DNA of 63,902 nucleotides, counting the filler, from Neolecta irregularis DAH-3 (lineage: Eukaryota), in NCBI GenBank assembly GCA_001929475.1. It is 11 parts of 11 records of this genome, joined end to end, with 100 filler letters (N's around TTAATTAATTAA, not from the genome) between each part and the next. Parts side by side here need not be neighbours in the genome. Positions count along the whole stretch, not along the records: positions 24,596 to 31,891 come from LXFE01000828.1; positions 31,992 to 37,435 come from LXFE01000829.1; positions 37,536 to 48,571 come from LXFE01000831.1; 8 more parts are not named here. The stretch is one strand, 5' to 3'. Each line of letters opens with the position of its first letter. Position 1 is the stretch's first letter. The position numbers were made by a program, and so were the translations under genes. The notes under the pieces are model-generated. The model did not search any database and had not been told where the DNA came from. It worked only from the letters and a program-made list of their open reading frames with translations. This document shows, in pieces, positions 25,178-39,540 of this stretch.

Positions 25178-26546
25178 CTACCAGACATCGTTAGAAGGAG
25201 TTGTTAGGTCAAACATTCCCCAGCTCTGCTCAACATTGTATTGACCAGGTTGCTTCCAAAGATCCTCAAACGTTGTAAATAAACAAACATTCGGACCCAT
25301 CACCGACAGGACACTTTCAATCGCAATCTTCTGATTCGCATATGACGGAACCATGCCGCCATTGGTATTTCCGTGGTTGGGAAAGCCAGTTTCCGTAACG
25401 AAAATATTCTTATTCGCACACGCAGCTGATACTCGATTCACGTATGATTGAACAATAGCACCGTCGTCTGCAGCACTTTTAGAAGGATTGGCATCGAAGT
25501 ATGGATGAGCATTTAGACCCACGACATCAAGGACACCTGAGGCACACAAACCAGGATTCTAACTATTAGAGGATTCTCAGTAAGGGCTTCAAACTTGAAG
25601 ATAGGATTGGACCGTATCAGCTGTGCCAATTGGTCCAGTGTATCCAGCAGCTACAACTTGAGATCGAACTGATTTAATTTTAGCTATCAAGTTGGCCGCA
25701 GTGTCGTGTTTAGCCTGGAGCACTTCATTACCTTTAACATTAAACATGCATGGTCAATCATGAATTCATACCAATCATGAGCATATCGACCAAGTCATAA
25801 TTTTTATTTCCCTGTCCCCAACTGATGAAAGCTTGAACCTGAGGATCAACAGAAGCGGCGCTTTTCATCCCTAGACCCACAATAATCTTCATTCCATTGG
25901 CAGAAACGGCCTGCCCAATATTCTGAAGGTTGCTACAGCCGGTGTCATAGGTTCGAACGGAATGAAAGCCTTTTGCCTTTATAAAGGTAATATCGGACAA
26001 GACTTCAGCTGCGGACTTGCAAGACCCAGCGTTGTTGAAGGAATTATAAGCAAGTGCTCGTGCCTTTAAAACGCCAGGGGTCCATGAACCAACACCACCT
26101 CCACCGGTGGATCCCGCGGAGGTCGTAGGCGTCACATTGGCTTTTGTAGTGGTCGCGTTGATGGAAGATGGAGTGATNNNNNNNNNNTGTGGGTCCCGCG
26201 GAGGTCGTAGGCGTCACATTGGCTTTTGTAGTGGTCGCGTTGATGGAAGATGGAGTGATGGAACTTGCGACGGATGGAGTGGCTTGGGGAGGTTGAGAAG
26301 TTGCTGGGCTAGTGGGAATTGATTGAATTGCTTTCGTTGAGGTGGGATGAGTGTTAGCCACCGAAAACCTGGCCTTGTGATGGCCGGGGTCCGTCCTCGA
26401 TGGCTTTGGCAAATGATCTCTATCATTGTCGTCAGGACTTTCACTGATAGCTACTGTAAGAAGCGTTATCACGGTTCTCGCAAACCTATCGGTACTGCTT
26501 CCAATACACAAAAAAACAAGGTGAACAGGACAACAGAAAGATGCAT
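25178..26546 (-). CDS. Secreted GH17 beta-1,3-glucanase/transglucosylase (Scw4/Scw11-like) with Ser/Thr-rich repeat N-region
   Basis: Signal peptide MHLSVVLFTLFFCVLEA; SVRTY, IG|NE, NAHPYFD, VTETGFP and VEQSWG motifs; 10-N gap at 26178-26187 inside a repeated Thr-rich unit. Confidence 0.88.
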
Positions 26547-27312
26547 TGTCGAATGAGTAGAAAACTAAACGATTGAGACGTTATTGACCTTCCAGAGATC
26601 AATGAAAGAGTGTTGGAATGCAAATTGACAGTGAAAAAGCGAGTTCTGGATGGGGAACGAGCGAGTTCCGGATAGAGAACTAGACTCTTATAGAGAAGAT
26701 AGGATCTGAATCTCTTGGCTGAATGAAATTTGCTTGACCACAGGCATGCGGGTTTATATAGTTCAGCATTGACCCTTGTTCCAGATGCAGTAGAGTCACA
26801 AGTCGTTGCAAGAAGACAATCTGTCGAGGAGTTGAGGAGACCTGAAAAATGAAGAAGGCTGGCAATGAGACTCGATGGATATGAAGCCACGATACGATAT
26901 CGATGTAAGGAAGCGAGAGATTCCGGAATTGAACATTTCCATATCCGACAAATACGCGGTTTCAACCCCAAGGGGAAGCGTATATTTTGTCGCCAGGACG
27001 GACGCAAGGGAGCAAGGTCGAAGGGTCGCCGAAAGAGGAAACCGGGCGAATTCTTTCCCTCAGGTTGAGTCCATCGAGTCTTCGATACCCGATATCCAAG
27101 TTCCGGAAAGTCCAGTAGAATAAGCCAGTAGAAAGTTTTCTTGCGTTCGCAATAATGACGATATTACCAATTTATTCAGATCGAATTTTAGAAATATTCA
27201 TAATAATACCTAAGCAAACACCAATGCAGGCCACATGTCTATAGGCATTAGCTAACAAAGGGATTGGCGGCAGTGCAGCCGGGATGTTACCTCAGCCGGG
27301 ATGTTACCTTAG

Positions 27313-28360
27313 CTATTTACCCTGTTGATCTGGGACGATCCATTCAACTTGCCCAGTATGTTTATTGGTGATCATGACGGCATTTTCCGGAGTTTCTCTA
27401 ATGGAACCCTGAATCTCCCATTTCACGGATTGCTCCCACATCTTACTCTGTAGGACGATATATTCAATGATTTCTTTTCGCTTTCCCTCAATGCTCTTAC
27501 CATTTAGGTCGTATGTAGACATACTCTGTTTGTAAGAACCGTCAGTGGTGTCCCCGAACCTGAACCGAATGAAATCGCAATATTGCTTGAGCAACAAACA
27601 TCCTTTCAATCGCATCATATCTCGCGATGTAAAAGGAGACGATTTTTGGCTGTGATATCATCTCGTGGAGATTCCAGGAAATTCGTGTCTTCGCTTTATT
27701 AGAAGCGGTTCGGCTTTCAATTTTTTTCTTCAGTTTGTGGAAATATACCGGTTGAGTAATCCTTCCTACGGCCTCTAGATTTCCCCTAAAGCATTAGACG
27801 GGGGTAAATGAAGCAAGGTACTCGGCCAGTCCTTTATTCATAATTTTATACAATTCTGTTCCATGCTTCTTAAGCAAACTTGCCTTGATCTTTCGCGGAT
27901 GCAATTGATACTTCAACATCATCCAACTGTGTGTAAGGCTGGTTATTACGATAGAGGTTTACTGGTAGAGACTTGCAAATTTACAAACTGCCCGTTGAAA
28001 TATTAACTTGAGAAATAACTTTGGACTTTGCTGGACAGTGCGAACACTTAGTGTCGGGGGAACGTACGTTCCTAAATCAGCCATCTCTGATAAGGTTGCA
28101 AAAATACCTGAGAGTAATTCCATACCGGCCGGCTGCTGATTTTTATACTTGACAATTGGAATCCGCGTATTAAGATTGTCATGACCTCTTTTCGCAGCAT
28201 AGTTTGGAAGAGCAGTATGGATAATTCGGCTCCTTGGAAACTGTGGGCAACTCCGGAGGGATTGAAGGAAGGCAGTGGCCATGGCGCCCTTCTGGGAGTC
28301 AGAAATTTGATTATGGAATCCGGTACGAAAAAACATTGCTAGTCCACTTGCACACCCCAA
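27313..28360 (-). other. Broken ORFs of unknown identity (possible orphan gene or pseudogene)
   Basis: Two collinear ORFs of 101 and 133 aa; no recognisable motif and no clean splice model. Confidence 0.25.
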
Positions 28361-28656
28361 CTTTTCGAAATTTCTAATCCCTGCATTCCCTTGTTTGTCA
28401 GCCTAAAAATCACACCCAGTCTCCATTTTGCACTTGTCATACCTGAAATTCTCCTCACACCCAGCCAATAGATGTACGAGCAACAACAGTGTTTCGTATG
28501 AAAATATTTGAATGAGTTGGTACTTCATAGTAACATTGAAGTGAATTTACTCCATATCAGACATGATAGCAGGCTCTACTCTCACTTGTCCTTGTTGTTC
28601 TGAGGACTTGCAGAAACCTCTCATCAATAATTGAGCGCCGACAGTGTGTGCCCCGC

Positions 28657-28841
28657 TGTGGGGAGACAAACAGAGTTAAGGAAGCGCATATTCCTATTGT
28701 TCTATATGAAGAGCTTGGCTTGGTTAACAAGCTAGGCTTTGGAACCGAGCAATAATACATTGTTGCCTTTATCCATTGGATCGCGATATATTATCCAAGC
28801 TAAGTCTCCCGAGCCGCAAGTCCGGACACCCAACGCCCACA
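28657..28841 (+). mobile_element. Solo LTR-like repeat (family B)
   Basis: TGTGGG...CCCACA ends; homologous to 24596-24704; no TSD seen. Confidence 0.55.
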
Positions 28842-29257
28842 GTATGCATGGGCTTAGTCAACCTCTCGCTGCAGAAGAACGACCTGAATGCAGGGATGAG
28901 ATTTTGTCTTAAAGTTCTGCATGTTTAGATATCATTTCAAATACCAAAATATGTCCTAGTTACAGTTAGAAATCTGATATCCAAACATATTCATAATGAA
29001 ACCAAAGAGTTTGTAATATTGTGGCATTTTAGCCCTACCTAGATGGTGAGGGTACAAGTCTATATTTCAATTCAACGAAGATTCAAAGATTCCACTAGTT
29101 CAAACAAATTGGCTCATCTAGCCGTAGTCCCGACCTAAGATTTGTAAACCTAGCGATTCTCTTGGTTACTGGCCAGTGCAGCGAAGCCCAACTTTTAAAT
29201 GCAGAAGCCGATTATCACCCAATGATTACTTTTCCTTCTACGATGAAAGATTTCAGA

Positions 29258-30112
29258 CTACATGTCCTGGCCCTTTGTAAACAGTCGTACCCCTGAACTG
29301 TCGCTTAGCGGCGCGTACAGCATCTCCATTTCCGGATCCTCAGACTGGTCACTGTTTCCACCTCGCACAACTCGAAGCACCCCGGTCACGTCCTTGGAAT
29401 GGCCTGTCTGTAGAGGTCGCACGCTAAATATGGTATGGGCTTCATGGGCCATGGAAGCCAAAATCGTGTGATGATGTCGTTCAATCGGGGTTTCTGCGTT
29501 TCGATGACCGACAAGGCTGCTATCAGAATTTAGCGATAAAACGAGACTATGTGCTTTCTATATAATGAGGAGTTGGCTGGGCTTTCAGTGTACCAGTCTA
29601 ATCTCATCAACTAAGTGAAGCACATCCGTCGAATTTAACAGATATACAGCCGAGAGAATATCGATATTTTCAATGATTACGATTGGGATTTCTCCACTAT
29701 TGGCCTTTGCGATATCTTCTATTTGCGCAGTGAAACAGGAGAGCAAATACTTGGAAAGCGAGTTCGCATCAGAACCATACTGGTTGAATGGCTTCGCTGG
29801 ATACTGTACTAAAATTCGTTCAGACCCGTCGACAAAGACAAGTTTCTTGGACCGCGAGAAAGACTGCAGGTTGCAACCCTTGATAATCATTCTCTGTTGC
29901 TTGCATTTTTTTCATACCCATTTACGAGTAGAGCTTTTGTAATTCGCAAAATCGACTAAGAAGGACCAAAACAGAACCGGGCGTTCCATTTGATTTAGCA
30001 CATTTATTACAAAATGTTGCAATAAAAATCTCGCCGGAGCCGCAAGAGTGCCCGTTAGTAAATACAAAGCACCCTCGGGTGGTCCAAGTGGTAAATGATT
30101 ATTAAGGTTCAT
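29258..30112 (-). CDS. ELP6: Elongator complex subunit 6
   Basis: LYLLTGTLAAPARFLLQHF, FVDG, VRPLQTGHSKDVTGVLRV and VRLFTKG motifs; two introns. Confidence 0.82.
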
Positions 30113-30500
30113 CGTGGTAGGGCTGATTCTCGTGATCGTACGTCGCAGACGTCCTCTTCTATGAAGCCCATGCAAAGAGGATAAGGCCTATTGTATCGTA
30201 GATACAGCTCTGATGCCTTGCTATATACTTGTGCAACTGGCTCAACGAGCGATCTCGTAATGCTCCATCTGCTTCATTCAACATGGCCACTTTAGACTCG
30301 CTAGAAAGTCAGAACGATGAGTAGATCGAAGAAAAGTCCGAATGCTCAAAGACTTAAAGTCATGTCTACGAAATTTTTGCATGGACGTTAGATTACAGTC
30401 GCTATCTAATTCGTCATATCTCCCTTGTCTTCCCCGTATAGATATGTTAAAAGACAACAACCAAGAACGCCGGTATGAAAACTATTGTTCAGAATAGTTC

Positions 30501-31891
30501 CTATGCATGCTCCATTCTCTCAGTTGCTTCATCTGCTTGTCTCTGCCAATCGGTTCGGAATATTACAATCATTTCAACCACAACAACACTAACATGTAAG
30601 TTGAAAGCAGGTCATATGGTGGCATACAGTGTGAGAGCATGGAGCATTCCTGTCCAAAGCCCCAAAAGATCCCAATGAAGTTTAAAGGTCAAAGACAAAC
30701 CCACAGGCATTGCCAAGAGGTAGTAAGCCACGATCTAATGTATTAGTGGAACCCAAAGAAACTACTTGCATTAACATATCCACCAATCTTTTGTTTTCCA
30801 GTCCCACGTAAAATTCCTCCTGCAACGGCACTGAAACAATCCAGAATTTCAAACACAGCCGATAAAGGCAGGACAGAGGCAACAAGAGCTAGAGGGTGAG
30901 TTCTAGTTCGACGAATAGCTCAATACCTACGACTTTGGCATCTCCGGTGAAAAGCTTCCCTAAATTGTGTCTAAATAAGAACAAGCCCGCCCTGAATGTC
31001 GCTCAGACGATAGCGCCAAATAGAATGCATACCACGTAAATAAGCCTAAAATCAGTGCCATCACGATGGCTACATTTGCAGCCATCTTGGCTGGCTTCAC
31101 AAGACCAGCTCCGAGAAGATTCCCAATACGTGTTGAAACAGCTACAGCGACGGCAAAAGGAGTCTGGAAGAGAATCGAAGCTTGAACTAAGTTACGCATA
31201 ATGCATGATATACCAGTAGTCCCTAGAATACTCTGAGCCGCCAATGCATTGGATGATATGAATGCTGCTGCGAGCGCCAAAACCTCGAAAGCCGCCCACT
31301 GATGTGTCAATATAAAAAGATAGTCATTCATGCCTCGGAAACAACCTGTTTTGCCTCAGCAGTAGCACTTTTATGATACACATACCATGATTACGCCAGG
31401 AATCGCCAACTTGATCATTAGACCCCAATTAATAAAAGCTCGTTTTGAAAACCCGCACCAAGCCTGTTTTCCATTCACATATGCGATATAGAGTGTTAAT
31501 AGGACTACTTGTAGCCAATATGTAATACAGACTGCTGTAGGAGCTCCGAGAAATCCGAACCCAATCTTTGGATGCCATACAAGGATGTAATTTAGAATAA
31601 CATTGATTGGAGCGGTGAGAAATAGAACGCGGGTCGATGCGCTGAATATTCCTTGTGCTTGAAGAAAACGTTTCTCTACTTCAAAGATCGCATACGCAGG
31701 TCTACTTATCAAAAGACTAAAAGTCAAGTAGAATCCATACACACCAGCTAGGGCGACTCTCATATACCGCGCCACGAGATGAGCAAGGACCGGTTCCTGT
31801 TTTAAAGCTAATAATATTCCCTCGATATTCAACCTCAATAGTCAGGGTAATTCTCAAGATTGACAAACCAAATAGCAGCTACAATGATTGA
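30501..31891 (-). CDS. MATE-family transporter, 5'-truncated
   Basis: KRFLQAQGIF, LAIPGVIM|VVSE|WAAFEVL, STRIGNLLGAG and C-terminal TDWQRQADEA motifs. Confidence 0.9.
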
Positions 31892-32516
31892 NNNNNNNNN
31901 NNNNNNNNNNNNNNNNNNNNNNNNNNNNNNNNNNNTTAATTAATTAANNNNNNNNNNNNNNNNNNNNNNNNNNNNNNNNNNNNNNNNNNNNGGGACCTTT
32001 GAAGAAACATCACATGGAGGAAACTACCAAACCGCCATACAACCTAACAGCCTGCCAAAATATGATTCAATCATACAAGTGCCACTTATATCTAATTTAA
32101 ATCGTCCAAATTTTCTCATGAGCATTCTCTTTAGAAACAATTCTTGCCCCCCAAAAATAAATGAACATTAAAAGGGTAGTAACGTGGGAATTTATGCAAT
32201 CTAATTTCAAGATTTCTAGTTTAGTACGAGCTCTGTGAACTCTAAACAAACAATTGTCTTCATCAAATGGATTTTAGTAAGAAAGGTTTGCAGATACTTT
32301 GATGAGAACAATATCATACCCATATTACATTGAGCAGTTATATAGTCCTTATCCATCTATCGTTCATCATGAACATGAATGAAACGACAAACTGATTTAT
32401 TTTGCGACTGGAACAAGCAAACGGGAATAAATCTCAAAACTAGGTGTCTTTGGAACAAACGTCCATGGTATCGCCTGATTCGCTGCGTTAGTTGCTCCTA
32501 CCCACAAGATTGCTCG

Positions 32517-34215
32517 TTATTCCTGACATCGGGTTTTATTTTCTTGTAACCATCCCTCCAAGGCTTCGCGATCTCTTGCAACGAATCGAACTTTGAAATC
32601 TTTTGGCTCCGCAACGAGTGCTGAATGGCACATGTTACAGCTTACAGCGTTTAGAATATTCGAGTCAAAGTTCTCCTCCGGTAATATCTTGAACGCCGAG
32701 ATAAGTCTGGTAAATGCTGTGAATAGTTCCCGATTACCGAGGTGTGACCCGGCACACATTCGAGATCCAGCACCGTAGGCATAATGCGGAATTGCGGACA
32801 CACCCCCTTGCAGTTTCTGATCTAGATAGCGCGAAGGATTAAATTTCTCGGGTTCCTGGAATCGGTCTGGATCTATTTCGTTATTTTGAATTTTAAAAAA
32901 CATGATACCCATATCGGCAGCTTGAGCATTCATATAAAATAATGTGCCAGAAGGTATGACAACACCTTCGTAAATAATATCCTTGATGCTCTGCCGAGGC
33001 AAACACATTGGAATTACAGTGTAAAATCTCAAAACTTCTTTAACGAATGCCGTTAGATATGGAATCTTTTCTTCCTCAAGACATTTGACCCAGGCATTAC
33101 CGTGGGGATATGCTTCCATGATTGCTTGATACGCTCGATCCTGAATTTCTTGGCCATGAGGCGATGACAAGTATCCGACACCTTGTATGAGATTCGCCGG
33201 GACAGTATCAAGACCCGCAGATACCATCGTCAAGCAGATACTTTTCACTTCTTCCGCATTGAGTTTGGCGTTTGGGTCTTTTAAAATGTTGCCAGTGATG
33301 CAGGGTTTGTCTATTCCCTTTTCGATATCAGATTTGAGACCTTCGAGAAGGTGGTTCAAATATGCATCTCGACGTTTTCGATATTCAACCGCGGAGGTGT
33401 TCTTTTGAGGAAAAATGCGGAGTAGTGGCAGATAATCTTGCCAATTGTTACTTGTACTGCGAAATCGAGAAATAGCAGCTTCAACCTGAATAATTTCATT
33501 TAGCATATCATCTTTCACGCTTCTCATTCGAGTTCCATAGTTTAGAGTCAATGACGTATTTAGCGCGTATCGTTGAAAGTAAGGCTTGGGGTTTATTTCG
33601 TTCTGGCCATTGTTTGAATCTTTGAAAAGATCACGAATTGCCTCGTAGGATTCCAAGTCGATGATAGGCATGTACCTTCCATCAGTATTTTCAGCAAAAC
33701 ATAGATGCATACGATTGAACTGCGGGTCGATTAAGGGCTGTTGCGGCCGCCTTTCGACGATTCTTGCAACTTTCGTCCCATGGGCTCGTGCCAATGGTGA
33801 ATCCTACTCTCCAGCCACTGGAAGAGATAGAGTTATACCCTGGCTAGTTGACACCACACTGTGAAATGTGTACAATTCTGGTCTCGAAATCAAGGCGCTT
33901 TGGTTATCGATCCATAATTCTTTTACAGCCTTGTAACTGTTTGCAATCACGACACGTTTGGTGCCCAATCTGATTTGGAAAACTGGGCCAAGGCCTTTTT
34001 CCTTTGCCCAGTCTTGAAGAACAGACGCATGGTCGTGGCCTAACTGAAGCAGATTGCCGACGATTGGCCAGCCCGGAGCTTCAAGAAGACCCTTGATCTT
34101 GGGCGTGTCTGTCGCAGAAAGGACTTTGATTACGAGATACAGGAAAGCAGCTGAGATTAGTGATGGCGACTGAAGAAACAGTACCAGTAACTGCTATTAC
34201 GCCTGTATAGGTCAT
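32517..34215 (-). CDS. Cytochrome P450, CYP504 family (phenylacetate 2-hydroxylase PhacA-like)
   Basis: PGWPIVGNL, GFTIGTSPWDES, MVSAGLDT, KEVLR and heme motif YGAGSRMCAG; four short introns. Confidence 0.9.
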
Positions 34216-34716
34216 GACCTAGAGAGCTATCTAGACAAACAAGCTTATATATATGGGGCAGTCACCGGATCATTACACTGCACATACTTAAGGGTCTACG
34301 CCGCAGATCCGGGATGAAGGAATGCGGCTGAGACAATTGTATCTCCCATAACATTGTTAATGCCAGTATAAAGCAAATCTGAATAAAATATTTCTCTACA
34401 ATAGAACCTGATTATAACGAATGTGGCGTTCAGGGGTGTTGAATTTGTTATAATGAGGATTTGTTCTATCATATCACCTTAGATTTTATACAAATTGATT
34501 TTGGAAGGCGGTTGGGTTCATTATAACGAGGAATATGTTGTACGGAGGTTCCTTATAATGGGTTGGTCGTTCATGTTTCGATACGTGTTTTCAAGTCACG
34601 TTGGTGTTCAGTATGTGTCCCCTGAAGGTGACCGTGTTCTACTCGCCAGCAACAAATTGCACTTCCATTCGGCTTTTAGCCTTTCGGCCATCCATTCAGC
34701 CTGATTTCATTCTGTA

Positions 34717-37346
34717 ATGTTCACGAATACTCCTATAGGTACTCGCCGCCAGAAAGCTCCCCGTGCAAGACCGCGAATTAGCGGTGCAGACCAACCAGCC
34801 GCTCCTCTGCCTTCTTTTCCCGGGGTGCCTTCGTATTCTTATGGCTCGCCAAACACCACCCTGCCCCATATGCAGACCCTGGCTGATACAAATATTCATA
34901 TCACGGCAGCGATAAACCATGCCGCGAGGCAAGCTGCGGAACGGGAGAAAGAGCGACAACACAGAGAACATGAACAAACTTTCCATGTTCAGGAACGAGA
35001 CCGGGCAACAACTCCCAAACGTAAATCTGGTGGTAATAAGGCTACCCCCGAGCAGATTACACGAAGAAAGGGAAGCTTACGAAGTGCGTCGAGACCCGGA
35101 TCGGCTGGTATTTATGTCCTTCAACACAAGCAATTGACCTTACAGTAAGCGAATTGGACATGGCTGATCGAAGAGTCGAGCTCACAACACATTGTCTTGG
35201 TGGGAGCCCGGCCCATTCACGATACGGTTCAAGAGAACCATCTGGACCGCTCCATCTTGAGCTTGATCTTTTAAACGATTATGCCGAGGAACAAGCCCTA
35301 TATGATCAATTGATTCAAGATGACAACATTGATGATTCGCGGAAAGAGACAGACTACGGGGACGATACCAGAGACGAAGACCAAATCATCGAAATTAACG
35401 GTAAAGGACGTCATTACCAAAACGAAAACGACATCAATCACATCCATCCTCCTATATCTGCCAAAATTGTTAACTTTTTCGGATTTTGGATCGCTTTGGC
35501 TGGTAGGATTTTTAATTCCATCATTTCTTTTGCAAGGGACAAGATTTGGGGCTTCCTTAGAGATTTTTTGATATGGCCGATCGCTATGCTTTCATCTACA
35601 ACTACAAGAGGCACAATCTGGGCAATCGCCATTGCAGTGCTCACCTATTATCTGCTTAATTCGTCATATATCTCCAGTTTCCCGTTTGGTGGTCAAAAGA
35701 AAAGATGGACAGCCCCCGATTTGCCGCCTTCTTCGGCGGAGGAGATTATCTCACGAATAATGCTTATGGAAAAGGAGATTGGCCGGCATGCGACTCTTTA
35801 TGACGATCTTTTTTCGAGCAATAATGTTCAATCCAGGGACCTCCGAAACACGAATACAGAAATGAAGCAAATCGGTGATGAGATCAATTCTTTAGCAGAT
35901 GACTTCAAAAGGTTGACCTCACGACTCTCTAACTTTGAAACAGTATTGAAAGACCAAGAAACAAAGTCCGCTTCACAAGCACCGCATCTCGAGAAGTCGC
36001 TAAAGACGATGGATGAAAGAATATCTCTAGTTCAGAATCATTTAAAAAACGCTGGTAGTTCTTCAGTGAAAGATATCTCAACATTACAGAATCGGTTACA
36101 TTCATTACGAGGCGATCTTCAACAAATTCAGACCGAAATGAAACAGATATCGTCCGGGCAGTATATTCAGGAACAAGCGCTCAAAGTTGTTGAAAAGTAC
36201 CTTCCTCAACAATTGGCTGTAAAAATGAATCCAAAAACTAGAAAACTAGACGTCGTGCCCGAGTTTTGGAATCATCTCAAATCATTATTTCCGACTCGCC
36301 AGGAAATGGAATCGAGAATATCTGAGGGAATTAGCAGCATTTCTATCTCAGACTCCAGCGACATTAAAGTACCGAGTTGGGGTGAATTCCTCAAAAATAA
36401 TGAACATGCAATCAAACAAATGATTCAAATTTCCGAAGAGGAACTGTTGAGGAAAGCGAATGATGATGGAATGATCGTTTCAAAGGCCGTCTTTATGGAT
36501 ATTCTATCTGATCGAATGGCACAGACACAATCCTCATTCCAGTCAATATTACTCGACCTACAAAAACGTCTAGACGAAGAAATTGCAAATTCCAGTAACG
36601 AACGATCAAATATATCTGAATTAACAACTGCCGCAATCGAGAACCTGGTTCAGTCTGCACTCTTGAAATACACATCTGATACAGTCGCGAAGACTGATTT
36701 CGCTCTATACACCGCTGGGGGTCGCATAAACCCATTCCTGACTTCACCGACATGGCGGACAAGGCCGCGAAAGTTTTTGGAGAAATTGGTTAGTCCAGTC
36801 ATCGATTTATCTCAACATGGTCATCCGCCTGCGATTGCTATTGATTCAGACAACGCACCAGGCCAATGTTGGGCGATGCCTGGACATTTTGGATATCTGG
36901 GACTTCGACTAAGCCAAACGATTTACGTATCTGATATTACTGTCGATCATATTCATCCAGATATTGCTACAAATATCGAATCCGCGCCCAAAGAAATGGA
37001 ATTTTGGGTCGAGGTTGATGATTTGAGGCTTCGTTCGCAAATTAGGGAATTTACGGGAGATGAACAGGAACCTCCTTTCGGTCAATGGGGTGGAAAATAC
37101 GTCAAATTGTTAGATTTTACGTATGACGTTCAGAAAGGACAGGTCGCCCAAACCTTTACTATTCCCATTGCTATCAAACGCATGAATATTCCTGTTCGAG
37201 ATGTTATCTTCCGGGTTACAAATAACTCGGGCTTGGAAAAGTATACATGTTTATATCGCGTAAGGGTCCATGGAGTTGCGGGCTTTGACGATCGCAATGT
37301 GGAGAACGACGATATTCAGGCTATTGGAAGTGATCAGGAAATATAA
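34717..37346 (+). CDS. sad1: SUN-domain nuclear envelope/spindle pole body protein (Sad1/Mps3-like)
   Basis: TM segment and coiled coil; SUN motifs DFALYTAGGRI, PGQCWAM, TVDH..SAPKEME and YTCLYRVRVHG. Confidence 0.88.
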
Positions 37347-37679
37347 GATCAAGTACTTTCTTTTTCCTTTATACTTTCTCCTTTTTGATTACGAGGTGCT
37401 GGGCTGGTGGAGTCTAATGATGAACTTAAAGTCATNNNNNNNNNNNNNNNNNNNNNNNNNNNNNNNNNNNNNNNNNNNNTTAATTAATTAANNNNNNNNN
37501 NNNNNNNNNNNNNNNNNNNNNNNNNNNNNNNNNNNTGAAATATGCAAGTAAGTAAGTCCAAAGTCCAGACTTGGACTTACTTACTTGTTAGCAAGTCTGG
37601 CCATGGACCAGATGGACCGTATCAAGTGATCTTACCTTGTAAGGATTTACCCCGTTATGAAAATAGGCGCTACAGGATC

Positions 37680-37954
37680 AACACAACATCCTTGGTTTTC
37701 CACAACACCCTCACCTGCCCGCCTCGCCTGTCACCAGCCCATCTCGCCTGTCTCTCCTATCTCTCGCGCCTCTCCAGCCTTGCGTGCCTGTCTCTCACCT
37801 CGCCAATCTCTCACCTCGTATACATAATATAGCAATTCATACTTGCTTTCTATATAAAGCTCATATCAGGAAAATGATAGTCACATGATATGCATGGACT
37901 GGGCCTGACCCTCAGAAAGTCCATGGGCTGGACTTTGGTCTATCTGCAACACTG
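37680..37954. mobile_element. Decayed reverse-orientation copy of the 49283-49972 element
   Basis: CCCTCAGAAAGTCCATGGGCT is the reverse-complement homolog of 49301-49322; ends CAACACTG. Confidence 0.6.
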
Positions 37955-38440
37955 GCCAGTGAAGGCTGGTGTAAGGACATGAGGCCTGATAACATGCACA
38001 AGAGTGGGAGTACATGAGCTAGAGGAACAGCACATACATAACCAAGCTCACTAACTGTAAGTTGTGAAGTGTAGCTTACAAATAAGATCAAGTTATATTT
38101 CTTAACCTAAGTAAGCAGACCTTTACGCTTATGTAAAGATATGCTGACTCTGCCCTTATATACTCTATTTAATAATTGCCCTTATATAATTTCCCGCCTC
38201 CTACTGGATTGGTGGGATATGTCCGGTATATCGTTACACTTACTCTGGTTAGATAGTGGAATATAACCGAGTCTTATTCGTACTCCGGACGTGAAGTTAC
38301 ACTTGGAGTTCTTCTGAACAACTCTGGAATGTGACGTCAGCGGCTGGTCCATTAACTAAAAGAGAACTAGTCAGCCACCTGTTGATACCCTTTTCCAAAA
38401 CTCACACCTAGTCCTTCATCGATCCGAAAACATTTCAACA

Positions 38441-39504
38441 ATGTCCTCCTTTATCATCCAACAACCCATATCAGACGACGCTATAGACCTTGAAACAACT
38501 CTTCTTGAGCTTGATCGACAACAACGCTTGGTTCAGATCGAACGACGGAGGCTTGAACATTACGAAGCCCAGATCGAACGCCGAAGGTGGGAAATAATTG
38601 CCAGAAGCCGACAAATGTACGACTTGATGATCGAGCGCGAGCAAGATCAGCAATTTTTAAGTGTTATCAATTCGGAGAATATCCTTGGGTACACCTTTTT
38701 TCACACATCTGTTTTGAACACCGTATAGAAACATAATGGATGACTTTTCCGCCTGGCAGCAACAAAGACAAAGACAGCAACTTATTCAACGTCTGTTGCT
38801 GGGAGAGCAGGACTTTAATCATCACCCCAACGGTCTTTCGATTGAGCAGTTGTTTGGGATTTGTATAATCAAATCATGACTCCTATAACTGATTCCCAGC
38901 ATCCTCTAAACCGCAACGACCTCAAATTCAAAAGCCATACAACCAATCATCATCGTTCCTGCTTGCTCCGGAAGGCAAACGTGGCTCTCGAAGACGTCAT
39001 TCACAGCCAGCTATAAAGCTCAAAAAGATTCATATTTCTGGAGGTATTCTGGAAAAGACAAATTCGTTGAAATCAGTTAGGCCGCAAGGAGAAAGATTAC
39101 CGTCGCTTCTTGAATCGCTTCAATGCCTTCGTTCATTCGTTGATGGATATCATTCCGAAATTAGTCTACCGAACCTTGAACCACATCGAATCCAGTCATT
39201 GGAACGAGCTTTCGAGAAGGCAATTGACGATATCATTGCTGTTGACATCGAACCTGAAGGCGAATTACGAAGTTTGAAGATGAATGTGTTGCAATCGGCC
39301 GAAGAAGGCCTAGAAAAGGCTGCTACAATGACTGCTGGCGAAGTTGACAAAGAACTTGAACCAGCTATCGAACAAACTGCAAACGTTGATGCTCCAAATG
39401 CTGGTAGCGTAAACGAAACGCTAAAGAACCCCTCACCTTTGGATTCGCCACAGAAAACTCACAAGGTCACATTGGAGGAGGTACCAGATCCTGAATATCA
39501 GTAG
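38441..39504 (+). CDS. Coiled-coil protein with a putative BAG-like C-terminal helical domain
   Basis: ERAFEKAIDDIIAVDIEPEGELRSLKMNVLQSAE resembles BAG helices 2-3; ends KVTLEEVPDPEY; introns inferred. Confidence 0.45.
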
Positions 39505-39540
39505 ATGTCGAATATCATTGGCGACGTCATGACTAAATCG

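Noticed and set aside
26098-26260. Duplicated ~70-bp unit and frame break in the GH17 gene as pseudogenisation
   Set aside because: The break coincides with a 10-N gap in a tandem repeat; most likely an assembly artefact.
8333-34215. Phenylacetate/homogentisate gene cluster (hmgA plus CYP504)
   Set aside because: The pathway link is real, but the genes lie on different contigs separated by linkers, so clustering cannot be claimed.
37546-37587. Palindrome CAAGTAAGTAAGTCCAA...TTGGACTTACTTACTTG (related sequence near 63480) as an ncRNA
   Set aside because: At a contig edge and likely a transposon remnant; no RNA-gene features.
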